A DNA stretch of 64,000 bases from an uncultured bacterium (GTDB lineage Bacteria > RBG-13-66-14): positions 523 to 64,522 of the forward strand of contig CAYTCV010000006.1 in NCBI GenBank assembly GCA_964436465.1. Direction: 5' to 3'. Under the pieces are notes generated by a model. The model saw only the letters and a list, made by a program, of their open reading frames with translations. It did no database searches and was not told where the DNA came from. A program made the position numbers and the translations under genes. Positions 18,035-26,610 of the stretch are shown here, one piece after another. The stretch's first letter is position 1. The number at the start of each line of letters is the position of its first letter.

Positions 18035-18838
18035 ATGGAAAGCTGCCTCGCCCGTGCTCTGGGGCTGGAATACCAGCCGGTGGCGCTCTTCCGTTCCGAC
18101 GAGGCGCCCCGCGGGGCTCGGCCGCCGCGGAAGGGCCAGAGATGCGTGATGAGCTTCCTGGTGGACGCCGCCCGGGGGGAAACCGTTTTTGTAGAAAAAG
18201 ACACCGTGCCCTGCCCGGGCGGGCGCATCGGCCTGGGCTTCGCCGGGGACGTTTCGCACATGCCCGGAGGTGCGGAGAGTTTCTACCGCTTCCTCTCCAC
18301 CGGCAACCGCCCGTACCTGAAGGAACAGGGCCTGTCGGAGAGCGGGATGAGCGAGGATTTCCTCGACGGCGAGCGGTACATCAAGTCGCCCGAGTTGGTG
18401 AGGCGGTTCGTCGAGGGGCTCCCGTCCGTTGAGATAGATAAAAAGTACGTGGTCTTCCGGCCGCTGTCCGCCGTCCAGCCGGGCGACGCCCCCCTCTCCG
18501 TAACCGTCCTGGCCGACCCCGACCAGCTCTCCGCCCTGGTGGTCCTGGCCAATTACGGTCGGGAGACGGCGGACAACGTTGTCATCCCCATGGGCGCCGG
18601 TTGCCACCAAATCGGCATCCACGTCTACCGCGAGGCGGAACGGGAGACGCCGCGGGCCGTCGTCGGCCTGACGGACCTCTCCGCGCGGCTGTGCGTAGAC
18701 CCCCTCATCGGCGACCGCTTCCTCACTTTCTCCGTCCCCTGGCCGATGTTCGGGGAGATGGAGCGAGACGTGCCGGGGAGCTTCCTGGAGCGGACCACCT
18801 GGCGGAGGCTCATGGCCCTGCGGAAAAAGAAGAGATGA
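18035..18838 (+). CDS. DUF169-like protein
   Basis: N-terminus LARALGLEYQPVALFRSDEAPRG and overall size fit the DUF169 family as I recall it. Its stop overlaps the ATG of the next gene (ATGA). Confidence 0.5.
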   Translation: MESCLARALGLEYQPVALFRSDEAPRGARPPRKGQRCVMSFLVDAARGETVFVEKDTVPCPGGRIGLGFAGDVSHMPGGAESFYRFLSTGNRPYLKEQGLSESGMSEDFLDGERYIKSPELVRRFVEGLPSVEIDKKYVVFRPLSAVQPGDAPLSVTVLADPDQLSALVVLANYGRETADNVVIPMGAGCHQIGIHVYREAERETPRAVVGLTDLSARLCVDPLIGDRFLTFSVPWPMFGEMERDVPGSFLERTTWRRLMALRKKKR

Positions 18839-19830
18839 AATTTCTGGTCATCCGCCTGTCCTCCATGGGCGACGTGATTCTTACGACGCCGTTCCTGCGC
18901 GCCCTGCGGGAGCGCTTCCCCGAGGCCGAGGTCCACTTCCTTACGAAGCCGCTCTACGCCGGGCTTATCGCATCGCACCCCGGCGTGGACCGGGTCATAA
19001 CCTTCGACGCGTCGGTCCCCCTGGGCCGAACGGGTCCGCTGCTGCGCGGTGAGCGCTACGACGCCGTCTTCGACCTGCACAAGAACCTGCGCTCGATTCC
19101 CCTGTCCCGGATGGCGCAAGCGGGCGCAATCTTTCGGATTCGCAAGGCGACGCTCCGCCGCTGGCTTCTTATAGCCTTCAAGCTGGATTTTTTGAAACAC
19201 CGGGGCGACCAGCCCGCGGCGTGCATCGAGGCCGGGGCGGAGCTGGGGCTGCTCGATGACGGCGAGCCGCCTGACGTTCACCTGCCGGAGGAGTCCATTC
19301 GCCGAGCCGGCGCCGCGTTCGGGGAATTAACCCCTCCGTTGTGGGGGCTCGTCCCGGTGGCCAGTTCCTGGAACAAGCGCTGGCCGCACTTCGTCGAGCT
19401 GGGGCGGAAGCTGCTCGAAAAAAACAGCGGAACCTGTTTAATTTTCGGCGGCCCGGACGATTCGGCGCTCTGCGGCACCCTTGCGGCGGAAATCGGCCCC
19501 GGGGCGAAATCCTTCGCCGACGAGCGGGAGCTCATCGAGACGGCCGCTCTCCTCCGGCGGTGCGCCGTAGTCGTGGGCAACGACACCGGGCTCACGCACC
19601 TGGCGACGGCCGTGGGGACGCCCACTGTGGCCCTCTTCGGTCCGACGACCCGCCAACTGGGTTACTATCCGCGGGGTGAGCGGGTTCGGGTCCTGGAGCG
19701 GGAGCTAAACTGCCGGCCCTGCACCAAGAACGGCTTAGAGTGGTGCCCGCGTCGCCGGGACCTGGCCTGCCTCGCCGAAATTTCCGTGACCGACGCCCTG
19801 AACGCCTGCCGTACGCTCATCGGCGCATAA
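18835..19830 (+). CDS. Glycosyltransferase family 9 (LPS heptosyltransferase-like)
   Basis: MKFLVIRLSSMGDVILTTPFLRALRERFP...FGGPDDSALC...GNDTGLTHLATAVGTPTVALFGPT shows the GT9 hallmarks. Confidence 0.8.
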   Translation: MKFLVIRLSSMGDVILTTPFLRALRERFPEAEVHFLTKPLYAGLIASHPGVDRVITFDASVPLGRTGPLLRGERYDAVFDLHKNLRSIPLSRMAQAGAIFRIRKATLRRWLLIAFKLDFLKHRGDQPAACIEAGAELGLLDDGEPPDVHLPEESIRRAGAAFGELTPPLWGLVPVASSWNKRWPHFVELGRKLLEKNSGTCLIFGGPDDSALCGTLAAEIGPGAKSFADERELIETAALLRRCAVVVGNDTGLTHLATAVGTPTVALFGPTTRQLGYYPRGERVRVLERELNCRPCTKNGLEWCPRRRDLACLAEISVTDALNACRTLIGA

Positions 19831-19848
19831 CGAACGGCTGTTCGACAC

Positions 19849-20427
19849 ATGGTGGAGCTGACCGCCTATTACGGCCCGTTCGACCTGGCCCTCTTCCGGG
19901 CGCTAAACTCGGCGGGGGACCCGTTCCTCGACGGACTCTTCACCATGGTGACGAACCGGTGGTTCGGCATCGTCCTGGGGCTCGTCGTCTGCGCCTGGTT
20001 CATTTACACGAAAAAGTGGGGGGCGTTGCGCTGCATCGCCGCCCTGGTCCTGGCCGTGGGCCTGTCCGATTTACTCGGCTACCGCGTCCTGAAACCGCTC
20101 TTCGCCAGGATGCGCCCCTGCTACGCCCTGCCCGAGGGAAGTTTTCGCTGGGTGGTACACGCGGCGAACGTGGGCTCCCTGCCCAGTCTCCACGCGGCGA
20201 ACCTCTTCGCCTGGGCCCTGGTGGCCACCCTGGGAGATAGACGCCTGGCCTGGGGCGCCTATCCCCTGGCACTGCTGGTGGCCGTCAGCCGCGTGTACCT
20301 CGGGGTGCACTGGCCCTCGGACATCCTGGCCGGGATGGTCTGGGGGAGCCTGGTCGCCCTTGGATGCTGGTTCCTCACCGGCCGGGTCGAGCGGTTAATC
20401 AAAAAACACAGGAGGAAAAAGGAGTGA
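19849..20427 (+). CDS. PAP2-family phosphatase (membrane)
   Basis: PAP2 motifs KPLFARMRP, SLPSLH and SRVYLGVHWPSD are present. Confidence 0.75.
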   Translation: MVELTAYYGPFDLALFRALNSAGDPFLDGLFTMVTNRWFGIVLGLVVCAWFIYTKKWGALRCIAALVLAVGLSDLLGYRVLKPLFARMRPCYALPEGSFRWVVHAANVGSLPSLHAANLFAWALVATLGDRRLAWGAYPLALLVAVSRVYLGVHWPSDILAGMVWGSLVALGCWFLTGRVERLIKKHRRKKE

Positions 20428-20522
20428 AGGCGCAGGTTCCGGTGGGATATTTCTCGAAGACCGGCAACACCCGGGCCCCGGCCGAGGCCGTGGCCGAATT
20501 GGTGCAGCGCCTCGCCGGGTGA
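20424..20522 (+). pseudogene. Truncated flavodoxin-like N-terminal fragment (32 codons)
   Basis: VKAQVPVGYFSKTGNTRAPAEAVAELVQRLAG* resembles the flavodoxin-fold N-terminal FMN-phosphate loop (Y.S.TGNT). The ORF stops immediately before a REP doublet; the GTG start overlaps the PAP2 stop. Confidence 0.35.
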
Positions 20523-20542
20523 GAGTGAATTGCGGTAAGTGG

Positions 20543-20617
20543 CGTAGGGGCGGGTGTCCACACCCGCCCGTTTTAATAAGGAAAAGGCGGCACACGGAGT
20601 TGCCGCACTACGTCCGG
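20543..20617. repeat. REP doublet unit, copy 1 (75 nt)
   Basis: CGTAGGGGCGGGTGTCCACACCCGCCCGTTTTAATAAGGAAAAGGCGGCACACGGAGTTGCCGCACTACGTCCGG; two hairpins flanked by GTAG...CTAC. Confidence 0.65.
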
Positions 20618-20739
20618 AACTTGTCGTAGGGCGGGGAACCGAGCGAAGCGAACTATGCGAAGCAAATCCTTTCCCCGCCGCTTTAACGTTCCAAACCTCA
20701 ACCCTCACCCCAACCCGTCGGCGCGCCGCTCACTAAAAG

Positions 20740-20790
20740 GGAAAGGGGGACCGGGCCGACCCGAACGGCGCGCCATCGGTCGGCCCCTAC
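20740..20790. repeat. REP-like hairpin module (GGGCCGACC...GGTCGGCCC) between the two direct repeats
   Basis: GGGCCGACCCGAACGGCGCGCCATCGGTCGGCCCCTACGAGG; the same module is found at 37719-37751 and 41822-41855. Confidence 0.55.
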
Positions 20791-20819
20791 GAGGCTTCTT
20801 CAGATGGACGAAAATTTGA

Positions 20820-20894
20820 CGTAGGGGCGGGTGTCCACACCCGCCCGTTTTAATAAGGAAAAGGCGGCACACGGAGTTGCCGCCCTACGTCCGG
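20820..20894. repeat. REP doublet unit, copy 2 (75 nt, 1 mismatch to copy 1)
   Basis: Direct repeat of 20543-20617 with a single A/C difference. The apparent ORFs 20554-20736 and 20831-21031 share an N-terminus only because they start inside the repeat. Confidence 0.65.
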
Positions 20895-20930
20895 TCTTAG
20901 ATGACTCCGGCGTCGTCCGTCTCCGTTGTA

Positions 20931-22262
20931 TCAGATGTACCCCCGCTGCCGGAGCACGTCCTCCAGCGTCGGCCGCCCGAGCTCCTGCAGCTCGTAGGTT
21001 ACCCGCGTCGAGGGGCAGTCGATGTCGATGAGCCGCTTGAGGTTGATGGGCGTCCCGACGACCACGGAGTCCACGGCCTTGTCCTTCACCATCGCCCGGA
21101 TTGTGGCCTCCAGGTCCTTGACCTGGGCCGAGCCGTAGCCCATCGCGGGCAGCAGGACGCCGATTCCGGGGTACTTGGCGAAGGTATCCGCGATACTCTT
21201 CACGGCCCACGGCCGCGGGTCTATCAGCTCCGCCGCGCCGAACCTCTCCGCCGCCGCCGTTCCGGCCCCGAACTTCATCCCCCCGTGGGTCAGCGTCGGG
21301 CCGTCCTCGATGACCAGCACCCGCCTGCCGGTGATGACCGCCGGGTCGTCCACGAAGATGGGGCTGGCCGCCTCGACCACCACCGCGGTCGGGTTCGTGG
21401 CCCGGATGTTCTCCCGCAGCAGGGCCAGCTTCTCCGGCGGCACGGCCCCCAGCTTGTTGATGACGATGACGTCGGCCAGGCGCAGGTTCGTCTCGCCGGG
21501 GTAATACGAAAGCTCGTTCCCCGCCCGGAAGGGGTCGGTAACCACCACGGTCAGGTCGGCCCGGTAGAACGAGGTGTCGTTGTTGCCGCCGTCCCAGAGG
21601 ATGATGTCGGCCTCCTTCTCCGCCTCGCGCAGAATCGCCTCGTAATCCACGCCGGCGTAGATGAGGTTACCCGCGGCGATGTGCGGCTCGTACTCCTCCA
21701 TCTCCTCGATGGTGCAGTCGTGCTCCTCCAGGTCGCTCATCTCGGCGTAGCGCTGCACCTTTTGTTTCGCCAGGTCGCCGTAGGGCATGGGGTGGCGGAT
21801 GGCGACGACTTTCTTTCCGGCGGCCTGGAGCAGGTCGATGATGCGGCGGCTGGTCTGGCTCTTGCCGCACCCGGTCCGCACCGCGCAGACGGCGATGACC
21901 GGTTTCGTGCTCTCCAGCGTCACCGCCGGACCGCCCAGCAGCATGAAGCTCGCGCCGGCGGCGTTGACCAGGCTCGCCCGGTGCATGACGTAGTCGTACG
22001 GAACGTCCGAGTAGGCGAAGACGACGAAGTCCACACCGAGGTCTTTTATCAGGCGGGGCAGCGCCTCCTCCTCGTGGATGGGGATGCCTTCGGGGTAGAG
22101 CTCGCCCGAGAGCTCGGGCGGGTAACTGCGGCCGCCGATGTCGGGAATCTGGGTGGCGGTGAAGGCCACGACCTCGTAGGCGGGGTTCTTGCGGAAGAAG
22201 GTGTTGAAGTTGTGAAAGTCGCGCCCCGCGGCCCCCATGATGATGACCTTTTTCCTGTCCAT
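20931..22262 (-). CDS. Cyclic 2,3-diphosphoglycerate synthetase-like P-loop protein
   Basis: N-terminus MDRKKVIIMGAAGRDFHNFNTFFRKNPAYEVVAFTA matches my recollection of archaeal cDPG synthetase. A central Walker A (VRTGCGKSQT) is present. Assignment is from memory, with no search run. Confidence 0.5.
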   Translation of the reverse strand: MDRKKVIIMGAAGRDFHNFNTFFRKNPAYEVVAFTATQIPDIGGRSYPPELSGELYPEGIPIHEEEALPRLIKDLGVDFVVFAYSDVPYDYVMHRASLVNAAGASFMLLGGPAVTLESTKPVIAVCAVRTGCGKSQTSRRIIDLLQAAGKKVVAIRHPMPYGDLAKQKVQRYAEMSDLEEHDCTIEEMEEYEPHIAAGNLIYAGVDYEAILREAEKEADIILWDGGNNDTSFYRADLTVVVTDPFRAGNELSYYPGETNLRLADVIVINKLGAVPPEKLALLRENIRATNPTAVVVEAASPIFVDDPAVITGRRVLVIEDGPTLTHGGMKFGAGTAAAERFGAAELIDPRPWAVKSIADTFAKYPGIGVLLPAMGYGSAQVKDLEATIRAMVKDKAVDSVVVGTPINLKRLIDIDCPSTRVTYELQELGRPTLEDVLRQRGYI

Positions 22263-22500
22263 GCTTTGCTCCGTAAAGATGTAGGTCCGATGGACCCGAT
22301 GTTCGGCTGGGTGTGGGATGGAAATTCGGAGGTTATTCGGGGGGCTCGGAATCGGAAACGCGGGCGGCGAGGCGCAGCCGGCGGGCCCGGGCGCCGTGGG
22401 GGGTCAGGGCGTTGTGGTGGAAGACGCGGTACACGGGTGACTCCGGTAAAAATGACACCCCATGTTTACCACGGGGTGCCGGCAAAGTCAACCGAACCGC

Positions 22501-22800
22501 TCAGCATTTAGGCAACGCGCCCAGGTTATCGCTTTCGGTGTAGTCGGCGTCCGTGCGCAGGTAGCGCACACCCATGACCGTCACGATGTTGACCCGCGCC
22601 CCCTTCCTCCATTGTCCGTCTCCACCTTTGGTTATCGTGCAGAAGGAGTAACGGTTATCCATCCTATCGAGAATCCAACTACGGCTACGCATGGACCTGG
22701 AACCTAATTTTTCCCCCAGGTCCTCGTGTACTCCGGCCTCTTCGATGTGATTGTCTTTGTAACCGCAGCACGATATTAAATAATCCGCCCACTTCGCCAT
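22501..22800 (-). CDS. DUF3892-like small protein (low-GC islet)
   Basis: MAKWADYLISCCGYKDNHIEEAGVHE...ARVNIVTVMGVRYLRTDADYTESDNLGALPK. The YLRT...DNL..LP pattern is typical of DUF3892. GC here is about 52%, against about 67% in the flanks. Confidence 0.5.
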   Translation of the reverse strand: MAKWADYLISCCGYKDNHIEEAGVHEDLGEKLGSRSMRSRSWILDRMDNRYSFCTITKGGDGQWRKGARVNIVTVMGVRYLRTDADYTESDNLGALPKC

Positions 22801-22885
22801 TTCTCCTCCCCGGCTGTGAAAAACACGCAGGTTATTCACTATTCTATAGACCCAATCTCCCGGGTCAACAGACTGAAGTCATCAA

Positions 22886-22920
22886 AATGAAAAAGGGCGG
22901 CCGGGCCGCCCTGCGGTACC
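22886..22920 (-). terminator. Rho-independent terminator after the lipoprotein gene
   Basis: On the minus strand, GGGCGGCCCGGCCGCCC is followed by TTTTTCATTTT. Confidence 0.5.
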
Positions 22921-22931
22921 GAAAACAGAAA

Positions 22932-23513
22932 TCACCAGGACCTGTCTAGAATCTCCAGCGTGTCGGCGTCCAGCTCCACCCACCCGGCGAGCGAGTAATC
23001 CTCGTAGAACGCCTGCACCGTCGCCGTGTTTTGTTCTTCCTCCGCCAGGATGGAGAGCTTGTAGACGTAGTCCGCCGAGCCCAGGTTCTCCTGAAATACG
23101 TCATCGGCGGTGTTCATCAGTTCCTTCACGTGGCCGTCGGAGTAATCCGGCAACGGGTAACAGCTTCCGGACGTATTTTCCTCGGAGGTTTCGCAGGCGC
23201 CGTCGTAGTGTACGCAGGCGTTGAAGTCCGTGTCGCCGTGGGCGTTGAACCGGAAGAACCACTTGTCATCCTCACCGGCGAGGGTCTCCGGCCCGAAAAG
23301 AACGCCGTCGGAATCCACCGCGAATCCGATTAGATTGAAACAGAACGCGCCCGCGTCCCAATCCTCGGCCAGGGGCGCGGCGATGTCCCGGGCCTCCGAC
23401 AGGGTGTCCGCCTCGTAGGGGTTGTCGTTTCCGCCGCCGTCCGTGCCGCCGGCGCAACCGGAGATGAGGACCGGGGCGACGGTCAGGGATATGAATAACA
23501 GGCCCCGCTTCAT
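22932..23513 (-). CDS. Lipoprotein, hypothetical
   Basis: MKRGLLFISLTVAPVLISGC lipobox; acidic and Cys-containing; no recognisable family. Confidence 0.55.
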   Translation of the reverse strand: MKRGLLFISLTVAPVLISGCAGGTDGGGNDNPYEADTLSEARDIAAPLAEDWDAGAFCFNLIGFAVDSDGVLFGPETLAGEDDKWFFRFNAHGDTDFNACVHYDGACETSEENTSGSCYPLPDYSDGHVKELMNTADDVFQENLGSADYVYKLSILAEEEQNTATVQAFYEDYSLAGWVELDADTLEILDRSW

Positions 23514-23728
23514 CCGCGCTCCCGAAGTTCGTGGGGTTGAATGCCCTTTCGCGTAAGCCGATTCAGCTCATCCTACCCGTGGTCCACCGCCCTGTCAACA
23601 ATCGAAAGCCGGTCCCCGCAGTGGCACGGACCGGGGCGGCCGTCGGGCGGCTCGGGCCGACACATCCTTGACAGTTCAGCGTTTCGACCGATATACTGCC
23701 TACGCACTCGGCCCGCAGAAAAGAACCC

Positions 23729-24493
23729 GTGCCCCGTTTCGACACCCAGAACGAGAAGCCCGAAGTCCCGCGCTTCACGCGGCTCCCGCGCCACGTGGCG
23801 ATAATCATGGACGGCAACGGTCGCTGGGCCGCGGCCCGTGGCAAACCGCGCATCTTCGGCCACCGCCGCGGCATGGAGCGGGCCAAGGACATCACCCGCG
23901 CCTGCGGCGACCTGTTAATCGAGTCGCTCACCCTCTACGCCTTCAGCCTGGACAACTGGAAGCGGCCCCAGGTCGAGGTGAACGCCCTGATGCGCCTGTT
24001 GGTCAAGTACCTCAAAAGCGAGCTCGGCGAGATGATGTACTCCAACATCCGCTTCCGGGCCCTCGGCGAGCGGGGGATGCTCCCCGAGTCGGTGCGGGAG
24101 GCCGTCCGCGAGGATGAGGAGCTGACGGCGAAGAACAGCGGTCTCAACCTCAACCTGGCGGTGAGCTACGGCGGCCGGAAGGAGATTCTGGGCGCGGTCA
24201 ACCGGCTCCTGGAGGAGGAGCGGACGGGGACGCTTCCCGCCGGTCCCGTGGACGAGGGCGCCTTCTCCAAAATGCTCTACACCGCGGGCCAGCCCGAGGT
24301 GGACCTGCTGATTCGGACCTCGGGCGAGCTGCGCGTGTCCGATTTCCTGCTCTGGCAAATCGCCTACGCCGAGCTTTACCTCACCGGTGTCTTCTGGCCC
24401 GATTTTTCCCGGGAGGAACTCTACCGGGCTCTGCGGGACTACGAGGGGCGGGAACGGCGCTTCGGCGGCGTCGGCGGGGACGCCAAACGCTGA
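23729..24493 (+). CDS. uppS: Isoprenyl transferase / undecaprenyl diphosphate synthase
   Basis: HVAIIMDGNGRWA, LTLYAFSLDNWKRP and IRTSGELRVSDFLLWQIAYAELY are present. Confidence 0.9.
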   Translation: MPRFDTQNEKPEVPRFTRLPRHVAIIMDGNGRWAAARGKPRIFGHRRGMERAKDITRACGDLLIESLTLYAFSLDNWKRPQVEVNALMRLLVKYLKSELGEMMYSNIRFRALGERGMLPESVREAVREDEELTAKNSGLNLNLAVSYGGRKEILGAVNRLLEEERTGTLPAGPVDEGAFSKMLYTAGQPEVDLLIRTSGELRVSDFLLWQIAYAELYLTGVFWPDFSREELYRALRDYEGRERRFGGVGGDAKR

Positions 24494-24597
24494 TAGCGGG
24501 AAGAGCGGCGAGATAAACGCCGACCACCGACGGCCGACGTCTATTAACCCGGCGTGATGGGGTTTGCCGTAAATTTCAATAACCTGCGCGGAACGCG

Positions 24598-25443
24598 GTG
24601 ATGGAAGAAAAAGCCTCTAATTTTCTCGTTCGAGCCCTGTCAGGCCTGGTCTGGGCCGGTCTTTTTCTCTTCTGCGCCTGGTACGGGGCCACCTGGCGCT
24701 GGGTCATCCTGATGGGCCTGTGCCTCATCGGCGGCGTCTATGAGATGCGAAACCTGACCCGGGAGAAGGGGAGGGGGGGCGACCCCTTCCTGAGCGGCCT
24801 CGGCGCCCTGGTCATCCTGGTCGGCGCCTGGTTCCGCGGGTTCGAGGGCCTGGCTTTCGGTTCTCTCGCCGCGGTGCTGGTCAACGCGCTCGCGATTTTG
24901 CGGCGCCGGTACGAAGGCTCGCTGGAAATCTTCGCCCGCAGCGTCCTCACCTCGTTCTACCTGGGACTGGGGACGGGGGCGGCGGTGCTCTTGGGGCAGG
25001 GAACCAAAGGGGGGCGGCTGCTGGTGGTCACCCTGGCCGCGCTTTGGCTGGCGGACACCGGGGCCTACGTAGTCGGCTCGCTTTTCGGCCGGCACCAGCT
25101 CACCCCGAATCTGTCACCCAAAAAGACCGTGGAGGGGCTCGTCGCCGGCATCCTTCTGGCAGCGGGCGGCGCCTGGACCCTGGAAACATTCCTCCTGAAC
25201 GCCGGCATCCGGGGGAGGTATATCCTCATCCTGGGTGTGGTGGTGGCGCTGGCGGGCCTTCTGGGCGACCTGGTCGTCTCGGCTCTCAAGCGCGACGCGG
25301 GGCTGAAGGACACGGGAAGCATCATCCCCGGCCACGGCGGCCTCCTGGACCGGCTGGACAGCTTCCTGCTGGCCATGCCCGCGGTCTGCCTCTACCTGAC
25401 AATCCTCCACCATATCGGGCTCTGGAAGGGCACACTGGGTTGA
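24598..25443 (+). CDS. cdsA: Phosphatidate cytidylyltransferase
   Basis: Polytopic protein with SPKKTVEG....GDLVVSALKRDAGLKDTGSIIPGHGGLLDRLDS, the CdsA signature. Confidence 0.85.
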   Translation: MMEEKASNFLVRALSGLVWAGLFLFCAWYGATWRWVILMGLCLIGGVYEMRNLTREKGRGGDPFLSGLGALVILVGAWFRGFEGLAFGSLAAVLVNALAILRRRYEGSLEIFARSVLTSFYLGLGTGAAVLLGQGTKGGRLLVVTLAALWLADTGAYVVGSLFGRHQLTPNLSPKKTVEGLVAGILLAAGGAWTLETFLLNAGIRGRYILILGVVVALAGLLGDLVVSALKRDAGLKDTGSIIPGHGGLLDRLDSFLLAMPAVCLYLTILHHIGLWKGTLG

Positions 25444-25449
25444 TTTTCC

Positions 25450-26604
25450 ATGCGTAAACGGACGCTCTCCATCCTCGGCTCGACCGGCTCCATCGGGCTC
25501 AAGACGCTCACCGTGGCTCGGTCCCTCGGGCTTCAGGTCGTCGGTCTGGGCGCCCTGGACGAGGTTGATGAGGTTTTCGCCCAAATCGAGGAATTCAAAC
25601 CGCGCCTGGCCGTCCTTTTCGACGGGCCGGCCGCGGAAATCTTATCAAAGAAGGTCGCGGGGAGCGGAACCGAGGTTGCGTCCGGTCCCGAGGGCCTGAT
25701 TAAACTTGCCCGAATGGACGGGGCGGACACCTTCGTCGCCGCCAGCTCCGGCTCCGTGGCCCTAGAGGCCACCCACGAGGCCGTCCGGTCCGGCAAGGAC
25801 GTGGCCCTGGCCAATAAAGAGGTCCTGGTCGCCGCCGGCTCGCTCTTCGTCGAGGCCGTCAAAGAGCACGGCGTGGAGCTGCTCCCCATAGACTCGGAGC
25901 ACTCGGCCATCTGGCAGTGCCTGGGAGACCGCGCAAAGGCGCGCCTTCCCCGGAGCCAGGTCGCCCGGCTCATCCTCACCGCCTCGGGCGGCCCCTTTTT
26001 GAACCGAGCCGACCTGACGGACGTAACCCCCGAGGAGGCCCTCCGGCATCCCAACTGGAGCATGGGGGCCAAAATCACCGTGGACTCGGCCACCCTCTTC
26101 AACAAGGGGCTGGAGCTCATCGAGGCCCACTGGCTTTTCGGAATAAATAATGTGGACGTGCTCGTCCACCCCCAGTCCGTGGTGCACAGCCTGGTGGAGT
26201 TCGCCGACGGCTCCGTTCTGGCCCAGCTCGGGCGTCCCGACATGCTCCTGCCCGTCCAGTACGCCCTGACCCACCCGGACCGGGTCGCGGGCCCCGCGCC
26301 CAGGCTGGACCTGACACAGACGGACCGGCTGGATTTCTTCCCGGTCGATGAGGGCCGCTTCCCGGCGTTGGGACTGGCGCGGGAGGCGTTGAGGTCGGGC
26401 GGACTGGCGCCGGCGCATATCTCCGCCGCCGACGAGGTCGCCGTGGAGGCCTTCCTGGCGGGGAGAATCCGTTTCACGGACATCCCGCGCGTCCTGGAGC
26501 GCGTTCTGGACGAGCTGGGCGCGCCGGGGTACACGACCCTGGCCGAGGTCCGCTCCGCCCTGGACGCCGCGAAGGAACGGGCGACCGCCATCGTGAATCG
26601 CTAA
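25450..26604 (+). CDS. dxr: 1-deoxy-D-xylulose 5-phosphate reductoisomerase
   Basis: LSILGSTGSIG...ANKEVLV...LPIDSEHSAIWQC...HPNWSMGAKITVDSATLFNKGLE. Confidence 0.95.
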   Translation: MRKRTLSILGSTGSIGLKTLTVARSLGLQVVGLGALDEVDEVFAQIEEFKPRLAVLFDGPAAEILSKKVAGSGTEVASGPEGLIKLARMDGADTFVAASSGSVALEATHEAVRSGKDVALANKEVLVAAGSLFVEAVKEHGVELLPIDSEHSAIWQCLGDRAKARLPRSQVARLILTASGGPFLNRADLTDVTPEEALRHPNWSMGAKITVDSATLFNKGLELIEAHWLFGINNVDVLVHPQSVVHSLVEFADGSVLAQLGRPDMLLPVQYALTHPDRVAGPAPRLDLTQTDRLDFFPVDEGRFPALGLAREALRSGGLAPAHISAADEVAVEAFLAGRIRFTDIPRVLERVLDELGAPGYTTLAEVRSALDAAKERATAIVNR

Positions 26605-26610
26605 GGAACA

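Noticed and set aside
20554-21031. Two ORFs (20554-20736 and 20831-21031) sharing the N-terminus MSTPARFNKEKAAHGVAALRP.
   Set aside because: Both start inside the two copies of the 75-nt REP direct repeat. The shared N-terminus is a repeat artefact, not a gene family.
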